Shown one piece after another: positions 51,901 to 64,000 of a stretch of 64,000 nt of DNA. Source of the stretch: Paraspadella gotoi (lineage: Eukaryota > Animalia > Chaetognatha). The position numbers were made by a program, and so were the translations under genes. The notes under the pieces were generated by a model. That model was not told the DNA's origin, did not search any database, and saw only the letters and a program-made list of their open reading frames with translations. The stretch covers positions 2,635,230 to 2,699,229 of the forward strand of contig CM119267.1 in NCBI GenBank assembly GCA_051294375.1, written 5' to 3'. Numbering within the stretch: the first letter of the stretch is position 1; each line of letters begins with the position of its first letter.

Positions 51901-52271
51901 AATAATTAATCATTGATATTTTTCATAAGTAATTCTTATTACTCATTCCAAATATTTTTAAAATCGCGATGATTCCTTTCCCATTTATTTTTCCTTTTTT
52001 AATTTTTAATTTATTTTTCCTTTTTTCCTTTTTAATTTTTTTTTTCCTTTTTCCCTTTCCCATTTATTTTTCCTTTTTTCCCTTTTAATTTATTTTTCCT
52101 TTTTCCCTTTTCTATTTATTAATTTTATTTTCCCTTTTTTTCCTTTTTTCTTTTAAGTGACATTCATTCTAAAGACGTCATCCCTTTCTTCTCATTGTCT
52201 TCGGCGTCGGTTCGATTATCAGTCGGTCGGTCGGTCGTCGTCGTCAACAACGACTTAGATTCTCTTCGCTG

Positions 52272-52304
<33 letters not shown>

Positions 52305-52611
52305 ACAACGACTTAGATTCTCTTCGCTGGCGCCTCGAAAATCCGATCAATTCTTCCATTTCCCCTCCTCTTCCTCCTCCTCCTCCTCCTCCTCTTTATA
52401 CTCAAATCTCGTTCCTGTTTTCTCTTTTTTTATTTGTATCTATTAGTCGATGCTCTTTTGTCGCTTATATCGCGGGCGGTCGGCACGGATTTATATTTGA
52501 CAAAAAAAAAAGTGTACAGTGGTGGGGAGAGTAAGGGGGGAGGAAGTTTGTTTAGAAACGATGCCACCCACGATCATTGGAACCGAAAAAAAAACTTGAC
52601 GCCGATTTCGG

Positions 52612-52962
52612 ATGGCATCATCACCAATAAGGAGGCTCAGGTATCACAATCGCTATCATCGTCGTCATCATCGTCATCATCATCAATTGCTTGACCAGCT
52701 CTTTCGGTTTGATTGCTTGCTTGGTTTTTGTCCGTTATTTGGATCGTTTAGTTGTTTAATTGATTGATAGTTTGATTGCTCAGCTCGCTACCAAATTCCC
52801 TCTCTTCTTTATAAATTCCAGTTCGTTTCGTTGCGTCGGGCGAGTAAGTTCGACTACTTAACCTCTCCCCCCCCCCCTCCCCCCCCTCGCCCAGCCTCCC
52901 TTCGTTTCGTCTCGGAAAAAAAAAAACTTTTTTCCTTCATTGAATTTAATCCCATTAAGAAG

Positions 52963-52999
<37 letters not shown>

Positions 53000-54716
53000 A
53001 CTCTCAGTCATACCTGCCCCTCTCTACCAGCCACTCCATAGCGCCTCTAATGGTGCTCTCCTCTCCTCTCTCTTCTCTCTCTCTCTCTTCTCACTCCTCT
53101 CTAGACTGGGCCAACGCAGAGAAGGTAAAAAAAAAAAGGGGGGGAAAACACTTTTCGGGCCTAAAGTAAATTTTAATGGGCAGGGATTACCGGTGGGAGA
53201 GAGAGAGAGAGAGAGGAAGAGAGAGGAGAAGAGGAGAGAGATAAAGAGCCCTTCAATTCCCATTTTTCCCTCCCCTCCAACTTTGGTTTTGGAAAAGTAA
53301 CTGGATAGAGCGTCGAATTTTTTTATGCTGAGGACGTTAATTTTGATTTACGCATCCTAGAACCGACATTAAAAAAGAGACTTCTCTTCTTTCTCTCTCT
53401 CTCTCTCTCTCCTCTCTCTTTCTCTCTTCTCTCCCTCTCTCTCTCTCATTCTCTCCTTCTCTCTCTCTCTCTCTCTCTCCTCTCTCTCTGGGATTCAAAC
53501 TGTCTGCAGACAAAAGAAACGAGATTAGATTCATTTCACGATCGGGAGAAAACAACAACAACAACCAACAACAACAACAACAACAAACAACACCCAACAA
53601 CAACAACAACAACAACAACAACACAACAACACAAGGCAATATTTCGAATTCAAAAGTTATCGAATTTAACGCGTCTCTCTCACTCTGCTCTCTATCCTCT
53701 CTGTCTCTCATTTCTATCTCCCTCTCTGTTGCTCTCTTCCTCAGTTCTCTCAATCTGTCTCTCAATCTGTTCTCTACTCTGTCTCTCACCCTGTCTCTCA
53801 CCTTAGCCGAAGATAAACAGAAAAAGTGCCATTTAAATTTAAAGTTTTCATCGATGGTCTGAATTTAAATCGTTTTGCGTCGAAACGTACTTTGGCGGCT
53901 TCCAGTTCTATTATCTCTCACGAGCGACCTCGCCAATCATTTCGGCCTTTATTTTCTCAGGAATGCCTCGTTTTATGGTTTAAATGTCGCGTTTTTAAAT
54001 GTTAGGATTAAGGAATCGGATAGTTGATTAAAATTCAGAGATAAATTTTGTAATTTAAGGTTTGGGATTAGGTTTCGAGGTAATTGTTAAAGGTTAGGGA
54101 TATATATTAGGGCTCTAATTCTACCACTGCCACCACATTTTAAGGAAAAACTTATAGATTTTTTTTTTAGATTAAATGGTGATGGCGAGACACGGGCAGG
54201 AGTCCCTTAATAAATATTACTTTATCTACAACAAACTAAGGTCTATATATCGTCTATGGGAAGAGGATCGGTGGTAAGTGCGTCAATTTAACCATTCCAA
54301 TTGATTCTGCAAGCCGGTTCTGGTTCCATCTCGACAATAGGTTTTTTGGAAAATTCCATTCCATGCGAGAGATCATCCGACCCGATGATATTAAATATAA
54401 AAATTCAAGTTCGCTGATACAAGAACCCGAAATGGGCAATCTCCGAAAAGAGAGCCCAACAATTTCCCCCCCCCACAATGAAAAGTATTAAACCTTTTTT
54501 CTCTTTTATTAATAAAACTAAAAACTGAAATTGTAGCCCAGAAAAAAAAAATAGACTGTCTGGGTGTTTAATGATTTCGCTCGTCGGTTCGAATCTTTCG
54601 CGCCCTCGGACTCTACTTTTTTAATTTAAAACTTATTATTTTATCAATTTTGTTTTGTTGTTTTTTCCAATTTTTCATAAGGAAAATATATTTTTGTGTT
54701 CATCGGAGGGAGAGAG

Positions 54717-54790
<74 letters not shown>

Positions 54791-55275
54791 GAGAGTGGAG
54801 AAATTAAGGAAGCCCTTTCCTTTTTAAGTTTTTTTTTTTTTTACAATGACAGCGTCGACGAACGATAATAGTACAAAAATAGATGCCAAACAATTTTAGT
54901 GTTTATAAAAGTTTTTGGTGATAATTGCTAATCGGCCTCCGCCTCTCGACGAGTTTGGGTTATTTAACTTGTAAAAAGGACTAAATGGGATGAAGGATAA
55001 GAAAATTTGTTGACTGTCACCTCTCTCTCGCTCTCTCTCTCTCTCTCCTCTCTCTCTTCTCTCTCTCTCTCTCTCTGCTCTCTCTCCCCACATTTTTTTT
55101 CTACGAATCTGGCGCCGATTCCAGGCGCCAATGTCAAAGGATATCTCCGCCGCCGACGTAATTGGAAAGCGGACGACGACGGACGGAGACGACGGACGAC
55201 TTGGAGAGGAAGAGGGCCACACTGGCGGGCGACGGAGGCGAGGAGCAATTTTCTGTCGCCAACTGGAGGATCGAG

Positions 55276-55319
<44 letters not shown>

Positions 55320-55560
55320 ACGACGACAACTTACCGTCTATCATTCGAAAGACCTCATTGTTATGAAAATGCGATCATCAGAAAAGGTGACCCGACTTGA
55401 CAGGCGAGGGCGACACACGGCGTCGACGACGACGACGACGACGACGATGACGATGACGACGACGACGAGGACGACGAGGACCTGTGGTCAGGTTTGTACC
55501 AGAGCTATCAGCGATAATGAGAATCTTATAGAGACGCACTTTCTATTGGTGGCGAAATAA
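52612..55560 (+). CDS. Candidate microexon gene encoding a short basic N-terminus and a long Asp-rich tail
   Basis: Exons 52612-52640, 52822-52843 (22 nt), 53105-53124 (20 nt), ~54241-54273 (31 nt in the cleaner mirror copy 44542-44572) and ~55126-55560 join in one frame: MASSPIRRLSSFRCVGRTGPTQRRSIYRHGRGSV-APMSKDISAAD...LIETHLLVE. The last exon was read from the gapped mirror copy. Confidence 0.35.
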
Positions 55561-55834
55561 GCAAGTTTTGCATAACCTGTATAATTCTATTTATCAAAAA
55601 ATATTAAAACTATTTGAGATAAATATTAATAGTATTTTCTTAAAATTATAAATTACTGATAAAAGAAGAAAAAAGAAAAAAAGAAAAAAAAGAAAAAAAA
55701 TTTTTTCGTAGTGAATTAAGTTCGATTTTCGGATTTTTAATCTTTAGGAGAAAAAGTCTTGAGACAGATGGACCAATCCCCCAGGCTCACTCGAAGGGGT
55801 GAGACGACGACGACGGACGAGACGGACGACGACA

Positions 55835-55902
<68 letters not shown>

Positions 55903-56556
55903 ACGACTCGTGCTCGGGATCAAAGCCACAAAGTTATCGGAACTCAAAAATACGTTGATGCCCCGTTTTTTTTTTTATCTTGAGACTTCGCGATTCCTTA
56001 CCATCATATCTTCTTTATGGCTCTCCCTGTTCTCTGTCTCTCCTTGTCTCTTGTCTCTCTCTCTCTCTCTCTCTCTCACTCACTTTTTTTCTCGCTAATA
56101 CAGGTACGCCAACAAATACAATCGCTCGCCACCGTAGGAAGACCAGCATTCATAGGAAACATAAGAAAAGAAAAATATATCCGTCAGCAAAAAACAGTTC
56201 TAATCTAATTCTAATCTTATTGAATTTCTATTATTCCACTTCTTCATTCCTATCTTCATATTCTAATTTCTTATCTACTGTGAAACCGGACCCTTCAAAA
56301 AAAAAACCAAATTAACAGTCGAGTTTTTGTTCCTCGAGCTTTTTTTAAAAACTCTCAACTCTCTTCTCCCTCTCCTCCTCCTTCCTCCTCCACTTCCTCC
56401 TCCCCGTAATTTAATTTGCCCCGACGAGACCGTGACAAATTCGTCGTCGAGTCAAAAAAGTCGAAATGAAACCATGAAATCGGAATGAAGGAAGAAACTG
56501 AAAGCCCGCGGCCCGTTTGGCCGCCCCGAATGAGGAGAGAGGAGACGAGAGAGAGA

Positions 56557-56592
<36 letters not shown>

Positions 56593-57831
56593 ATGAGAGA
56601 GAGAGTGAGAGATGAGCAGAGAGAGAGAGAGAGTATCAAAAGGCACGAGAACATTCAAATAGCTCCTCCTTAGTTACCCTAAGAAAAAGTGATCGAGACA
56701 CACAGATAGCACTCGGAAAATAAATTGAATAAATTTAAGTTAAAGAGAGAGAGGAGAGAGAGAGAGAGAGAGGACGAGAGAGAGAGGAGGAGACGAGAGA
56801 GAGTATCAAAAGCCACGAGACATTCAAATAGCTCCTCCTTTAGGTTCACCCTAAGAAAAAGACCGAGACCACACAGATAGCACTCGGAAAATAAATTGAA
56901 TAAAATTTAAGTAAAATAACTTGAGAAATTAGTTCTCGTTAAAGATAAATATATCTAGATAAAGATAAAGACCAAGGCCAAAAAGAGTCTACGAATTAAA
57001 GTTCGATCTTTTGAATTTGAAATCGTGAATCAAGGTGACACCGAACGACCTAATTTCGTCGCCCTGACTGCCTCAAACTCCATTAGGACTTTCTATCCAT
57101 TTCTTTACCTTATTTCTATCCTTTCTCTCCTCCTGCGTGACTTTGTTAAACCAGTTTATTCTTTCGTTCTGTTTATTCTCTTTCATTGGTGAACGTGGAT
57201 ATTTGTCTCTCCGCTGATTTCCACGTTGGAACCGCTTCCACGAGACCTTAGATAAAAAACCAATTGTCTCTCTGACTGGGGGCCCACTTCGAAATTTTTC
57301 TTCCAGTCTGTAATTTCAATCTTTGATAGATCGTCGTCGTCGCTCTCATCGTCGTCGTTGTCATCGTCGTAAATTTCTCCCGCATTTTTTCCGATAAAAA
57401 TCGGCGAATGCGACTTTTGTTTTTGGGATTCGAGGCGGCGCCGCGTCGATCCAAGATACTTCTCGATTCCCTTTACAGTTGTCGATCCCGATTTTAGTTT
57501 TCTTTCTTTATTTTATCGGACCTTCCATTCCTCCTTTAAAAACCCCCTGAGTGAACGACGAAGACGACGACGACGACCGAACGGCGGCGGCGGCGGCACC
57601 CACCGCTGAGAGAAGGCGCCAAAGAGGTAAACCAATTAATGACACCATCAGAGCCGGGGCGAGAAGATTTTTAAAATAAAATTCATTTTTCAAATTCCTC
57701 TCTTCGTCTCGTCTCTCTCTTCTCTCTCTTTCCTCTCTCACTCTTTTTTCCCTTTTTTTATTAATCTCTCGTTTTTGTTCCTTGAGTTGTCGGCGAGAAC
57801 GAGAGAAAGAGAGAAAGAGAGAGAGAGAGAG

Positions 57832-57873
<42 letters not shown>

Positions 57874-58929
57874 AGAGAGATTTTATCTTTTGATGCTCAA
57901 CAGACATTTAAGAGGTAAGTTAATTTGAAGCAAATGCGTTCTAAGAAATTGGAAGAAGAGACGAGTAGACAAGTTAATTCGAAGGTAGCGTCAGAGAGAG
58001 AGGAGAGAGAGAGAGAAGATAGAGAGAGAGGAGAGAGAGAGAGAGAGAGAGAGAGAAGAGATGATGAGAGAGAGAAGAAGAGAGTCGGCTGTCAAAGAAT
58101 TTTTAATCGTTAAATCGTGCTGAAGGGAAAGCTTTAAAGATTTGCGGGATTTTTAAACTGAAATAGAAGAAAACAAAGAAGAAATACATAAAAAATATTT
58201 ATTTAATTTGAATAAATTTATGATATTATATTTTTAAATGAATTAATATTTATATTATATTTATATTTTTTTTTTTTTTTTTTATTTTTTTTTTTTCCAT
58301 TTGCCAAAAGGTCGACTCGGGTCAGAAAGACGGATCAATCTCATTGAGTTTTTAAATGCAATATACAGTTAGGCGCGCCAAATGTATTGATTAAATACTG
58401 AGTCAGCTGATGTCATTGATTAATTTTAAGGACTTACCTCTTTTGATGACTCATCTCAAATTGGCCGCCGCAGACGAAAACGTCTACCCCAACGGCGCGC
58501 CCTTCGTCAAAGCAGCAGGTTTCGCAGACAGGGAAATCCAAAGTTATAGACAGCGCCATAAGACTAAAGGGGGGCGCTTAGTTAATAATGTTTCGGTTGG
58601 GCGCCAATAAAGGGTGGGCCGCTAGTGGCTGACCTCGATGATTTCGATCGCCAGGGCGTCCGGGCGGTCTTCATTAGCGTCCACTCTCCAGGTGGAGTGC
58701 GGTCTGTGGGGAGTGTGCCTCTGAATTTTTGGTTCAATTTGTTCGCCGCTTAAAGAACATTCTCTTCCGCTGAATGAAGCTGAATTTGTTAAATTTTGCG
58801 CGAAGGAATTTCACCATGCATTTTTTCGAACACTTTCATTGCACTACCTGCTTAACTTCATATGTTATCTCTTCTTCGGCCTTATTTTCCCAGAAACAAC
58901 CCATTTTATCTAAAATTCGGAATTAGGTT

Positions 58930-61900
58930 TAGGCCATAGCCGATGAAATTTAAATGTTAATGAATACAGCGTAAAAATAAATCCTATCATGACCATACAC
59001 GGTTCCTTTTTACATCGGATTTAAATTCGCATTGGAGTTGCACAAGAATGAGATTGGTTCCCGGGATACGTTTCCGGACCTTTAGGGCTACACAAAAAAA
59101 AAAAGGGTAATCAAATTTTTCCTAATGACAGTTTTTTTTATAAATTAATATTAAATAGCTATATAAAATTAATAATAGTAAATAAATCAAAAAATCTAAA
59201 ACAATGGTTTAAATTTTTAAAAAATGAAAATATCAGTGCATCATCCATAATCCTATGAACAATTTTCTTTCGTTTGGTCCATAACCTATTATTCTATCTT
59301 TAATTAGTTTAATTGTAATTAATTTTTCTTATAAAATATTATTTAATTTTTTTTCAAAAAATTTTTAAATAAAAAAAAATTATAACTATGCCAAATTGAT
59401 TGAAGAAAAATCTTATATATATAAGGACATTACCTACCTAATATAGCGCCTTCAAATACATATATAGTAAGTTTATTATGATGATGTTTTGACATAGAAA
59501 TAAATAATTTATTAAAATAATATATGAAAAAATTTTAACTTTTGAATTCTTTTTTTCGCACTAATTAAGCATAATTTATATTAATTGTTCATTGATGCTT
59601 TTAATAGCTACTGGTTCAGTTGTATCCCCAGCTTTCATTCTCAATTATAAATGAATGTTTATAACTTCTCTATTCTTTAATAATACTGCTGCTATATTAC
59701 TTACTTTGACAAAATCAAAAAACTACTGATATTAAAAATGGTGAGTGTGATGAAACAGACAAAAACTTTTTAAAATCACATGCGCTATTTAATTGTTTGA
59801 ATGATATAATATATACCTTTGGGACAAAATTCAAAAAGTTTCTAAAACAATCCCAAAACTTGACATTTTAAGGTTCAAATGTTATAAATAATTGATATTT
59901 CGGGACTGCTTTGTAGGTTTTAACTAATTCGAGTAGCCTCTTAATATGACAGAAAAGCAGCTACTATTTAACAGTTTTTTTATTTGGAGTGGGCATCAAA
60001 GTTCTTAATACATATTAACATCAGTATATGTAAGTATAGTAGATTCCTCTAAGATTTTTTAATTTTGAAACATTTTACTTTTTTTCCATATTTTTTTGAC
60101 ACGCAAAACGTTTCTTTGATTACGCTAAAGAGAATGTAAAATAAAAAAATAAAAATAAATAGTACCAATAGTTAGAGTTTGTCGTAGAATAGAATAAAAA
60201 AAACCTTGTTTAAAATTTTGATTGGGAATCGGGTAAATAAGGCTTACCAACGGCATATCTCCATGCTGGTCATTCTCTCAATTAATTTTTTTAATTAATA
60301 CATTTGAAAGGGAAAAAACAGAAAATTCAGACTGCAGGCGGTGGCCCATTTAAAGGGTAGAGAAAATCTGTACATAGTGGCATGATATAATGGACATTTT
60401 ATGTCTTAGCGTAATGGGGGCAGTAAAGAAACCTTAAAAAATGAAATCATTAAGTCAGTCAATGAACCCTTTTTCGCCGAATTTTTTTTTTTCTTAATTA
60501 AAATGGACGTGATAATAATAGAAGTCAAATTCACCTTTATACAGGTTGTTATATTTAAAAGAAAGCATTAGACAATTACAATTCAACTACAATGATGTCT
60601 TGCTTTTGTCAAAATATGTCAGCAGTAGAATTTTTTAAGAAAATTTTATTATTACGATAAACAGCAGTATTATCAAGCTTTTGCTTTGCAGTTGAAGATA
60701 AGAAAAATTGATTATTTTTTTTCACAAGACAAGAAGGTAGACGTCAGACTGTTTATATCAAGCTGAAAAAATTTTATTATTTATCATTTTATCATAATAA
60801 AAAATATTTTCTATTCAAGCTACTACAAATCTTTTTTGCTTGTTTCTTATTTTAACTAAAAATACAAGCAAAAAGTTTAAAAGAGGAGAAAATTTAATGA
60901 TAATTAAATGCTTAATTCAGACTTTCCTCTTTCAATTGTACAAAAGAAAAACAAAAAAATTTCCCATTTGCCTTCATTGAAATTTTAATGCAACGTATAC
61001 TTTTAACTCGTATTTAAATAAAACTGTGAAAGATTTATGGATAAAATTTAAACAAAAACTGTTCTAGAAATGTTCTATGTCCCATGATTAGGGCTTAATT
61101 TGATCCACACCTACCTGTTCCTATCTTTTTTTTCAAAGATATCATCAAGAAAAATAACTTTTATTACTTTTTTGCATCCTTGCAGTTTTTTTAACACAAC
61201 AACTTTTGGCCTTAAAAATGTCTAGTTGGGATTGTTAAAACTTTTTACAATATTGTCCAAGGATAATATAATAATCACTCCACAAAATAAACTAGCATAC
61301 GATTTAAAAAAAAGTTTTCGTCTGTTTCATACATAATTTAATATCAAGTAACTTTTTGGATTTTCTAAAAGTAAAGTAACATATACGGCAGTCACGTATT
61401 ACTAAAACATAAAAAGTTATCAATTAATTATAATTGAAAAGGAATACAACTGACCCAGTAGCTATTAAGCATCGAATTGAACAATAATTAACAAATATGT
61501 TTATTATGCTAAAAAAATTCAAGTTATAAATTTTTCATATATTAATTATTTAATTATTTATTTTCTATATCAAACATACATCATAATAACTTACTATATA
61601 TGTATTGAAAGCCTATGATTTAGGTAGTAAGTCCATTATAAATATAAATTTTCTTCAATCATTTGCATAGTCTACTATAATTTTTTTAATTTTTAAAATA
61701 TTGAAAAAAGTTAAAAATAAATTTTAATAAAGAAAAATTAATTACAAAAAAAACTCATCTAAGATCAGAATAATGGTAGGATCAAGACGAAGAAGAAATG
61801 TTCAGAATATGGCATGATGCATGAGTATTTTCATTTTTTAAAAATATTTAAAACCATTTTTTAATTTTTTTATCTACTTATTGATTTTTATATGCTAATT

Positions 61901-62597
61901 TTAATATTAATTTATAAAAAAACTGTCATTAGGAAAAATTTGATACCCTTTTTTTTTTGTGTTAGCCCAAAGTCCGGAAACATATCCCGGGACATCTCAT
62001 TCTTGTGCGCACTCCATGCCGATTAATCGCATGTAAAAAGGAACCGTGCATAGATTATGATATTAAAAGATTTTGTCAAAAATGCTTTCTTCTGAGGTAC
62101 TCGCCTAATTTAAAAAATATTATATTACTATATAGAGCAAAAAATATTTTTTAAAATCTTAAAATTTTGTCATGGATTCTATAGAGCATAAAAAATTAAA
62201 CAAGAAATATAATTACAGCTTTTTAAAAATTCTTCACGTTTTCTAAGTATGAAAATATAAAAAAAACTGATAAAATTCATCAAAACTGATGATGATGATG
62301 ATTTTTTATAGTTTTTCTCTATTTGACACACTTATCGTAAAAATATTAAAAAAGATCATACTTGTGTAGACAAACTTTTCTGAGCTATCGAATATTGGTC
62401 TTAAAATTAAAAATTCAAAAAAAATTTTTGGCCCTTCCTATCTATAAATAATATTAAAAAATTAATTACTAGGGTATAGAGGCCATATTAAGAAATTTTT
62501 GTCCATTGGAAAGTATTTCTTAAAAATGCTAAAATATCGTTTGAGAATGTACTCACTCTAAATTTTTTGGACTCACCCCATGAGTGCGGTACCCCTA
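58930..62597. mobile_element. hAT-like non-autonomous insertion (~620 bp of its own sequence) hosting a nested element
   Basis: Absent from the mirror site at ~37930. TAGG...CCTA termini and an 8-bp TSD, ATTAGGTT (58922-58929) / ATTAGG(G)TT (62598-62606). TIR identity beyond TAGG is poor. Confidence 0.6.
58998..62048. mobile_element. Chapaev-like (CMC) non-autonomous DNA transposon with ~850-880 bp TIRs
   Basis: CACGGTTCCTTTTTACAT...ATGTAAAAAGGAACCGTG termini and a 4-bp TSD CATA (58994-58997 / 62049-62052). The inverted repeat runs ~58998-59880 vs ~61200-62048; no transposase ORF. Confidence 0.72.
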
Positions 62598-62880
62598 ATT
62601 AGGGTTTAGCGATTAAAGTTAGGGATTGGTTAGTGATTAAAGGTCTTGGTTTTGAGTTAAAGATAAAAGACGTGGGTCAGAAAGGAAATTATGAATAATT
62701 GGTTTTAGGGTTTTGGTTAGAGTTAGGGATTATGGTTTAGGAGTTTGATATAGTGAGTCAGGCACTGCAATATGTTCACCCCCAAGCTATAGCATTTATA
62801 CTCTTAGTTATGACCCGGTAATAAATAGCTCTTGCAATTAGGTACCGTAATTGATCTCAATGGTACTAACTCCCTTCAGG

Positions 62881-62963
62881 AAGCGTTAAAAACGGCCATA
62901 TCTTTTGGAAAAACCCTTCAAGCCTGGTTCCAAGCCCAGGCCTTTCCTTGGCGTTAGAGGCTT
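62881..62963 (+). ncRNA. Type-P1 twister (family C), mirror copy in the right arm of the inverted duplication
   Basis: Reverse-complement copy of 37579-37663 with P2 AACG/CGTT; the G-run before P1' is shortened, probably a homopolymer error. Confidence 0.55.
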
Positions 62964-63658
62964 AAAGAAGTTGCGGAATAGTCAACTTCAAGCCCCACTT
63001 AGCGCTTTATCCACATTAGGTTTAAACCTAGTTCAACTTGTAAAAATATTAAACAAAAAATTAACTTCTGGGTAAACAACAATGGGGCACTTCTCAGAAA
63101 AACAGAAGCCCTTTTAAAGTTTATTAAAAACCATAAATAAAAATAAAATCAACCAAAAGAAACTTGTCAAATGCAGAATATCTCGTCAAATTTAAAAACT
63201 CCAAGCATTCAAAGGCAAAGATATAAACTTTCGTCATTTTTTTAGCCAAAATAATCAATCGATCGATTTCCCTTTTCTTGTTCTTCGCTCCGTCCTTCCG
63301 TCTCCGTCCGTTCCTCTCTGTCTCTATTTCTGTTTCCGAGCCATTTTCTCTTCCCCTTTTTACTTGGATGTGTTTTCGTCCAGAGTGTGCGAACTATAGC
63401 TAAGGGGGCCCGAAGAGAGACCGATTTTCAGCGAAGAAAGAATCTTGCGCCATTTTGTCTCTCTCTCTCCTCTACTCTCTCTCTCTCTTCTCTTAAACCC
63501 TCTCTCGCTCCCTACTTTGCGACTATTTGAAAGTCGTCGTTGTCAAATCCTAATGACTTTGCTTGATCCATAAGCAAATTTTACTTAACATCATTCTGCC
63601 TCTCTCTCTCTCTTCTCTCTCCTCTCTCTCTCCTCTCTCTCTCTTCTCTCTCTCTCTA

Positions 63659-63692
<34 letters not shown>

Positions 63693-64000
63693 CCCCTAAA
63701 ACCTTATTTCTCTCAAATTCTACCCTTCAATCCTCTATTTTTTTTTCGGTCCCCTCCAGTATCATGGACTGACATTTGTGAAACCCAATTACACAGACGA
63801 CGACGACGAGAGCGACGACAACGACGACTGTTGATGACGCTTTGCTGAAAAATTCGCCACGAAAGCTGCAGAGATCTAATTCGGCCTTCGCCAGCCATCG
63901 GAGGGCGCTGGCTGTCGCAGGGGAAGAGGGAGGAGAGGAGACTGCGCGCGAAGGGGGTGGGGGGTTGCTCTTGGAAGCTTTCAGGTGGTAGCGGAGAAGC

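Larger units (their letters stand above)
53380..63980. repeat. Right arm of a large inverted duplication
   Basis: Anchors checked along its length, e.g. 44540-44575 vs 54235-54280, 38990-39130 vs 57635-57800 and 37090-37330 vs 63225-63460. Confidence 0.85.

Overview
Eukaryotic (invertebrate-metazoan-like) genomic DNA from a draft assembly, with 25-N gaps, noisy long-read-like fills and many GA/GAC/AAT microsatellites; the species cannot be determined from the window. The first ~27 kb holds four spliced genes: the 5' part of an axonemal outer-arm dynein heavy chain (DNAH5/8-like, minus), a Rab29/Rab7L1-like GTPase (minus), an SLC35G/EamA-type transporter (plus, probably with two alternative last exons) and a CCDC92-like gene (plus). 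Roughly 36-64 kb is a large inverted duplication around a ~7.9 kb spacer, possibly an assembly or haplotype artefact. One arm carries a nested hAT-like/Chapaev-like insertion; the spacer holds a TTAA-flanked Kolobok-like element and the start of a candidate microexon gene. The main unexpected result is that three unrelated short dispersed repeats each fold by eye into a twister self-cleaving ribozyme. Two are the circularly permuted type-P5 form with a palindromic P1, and one is type P1. One family has a 323-nt terminally redundant unit, suggesting twister-based retrozyme-like retroelements. All structure calls are manual and need covariance-model and cleavage tests.
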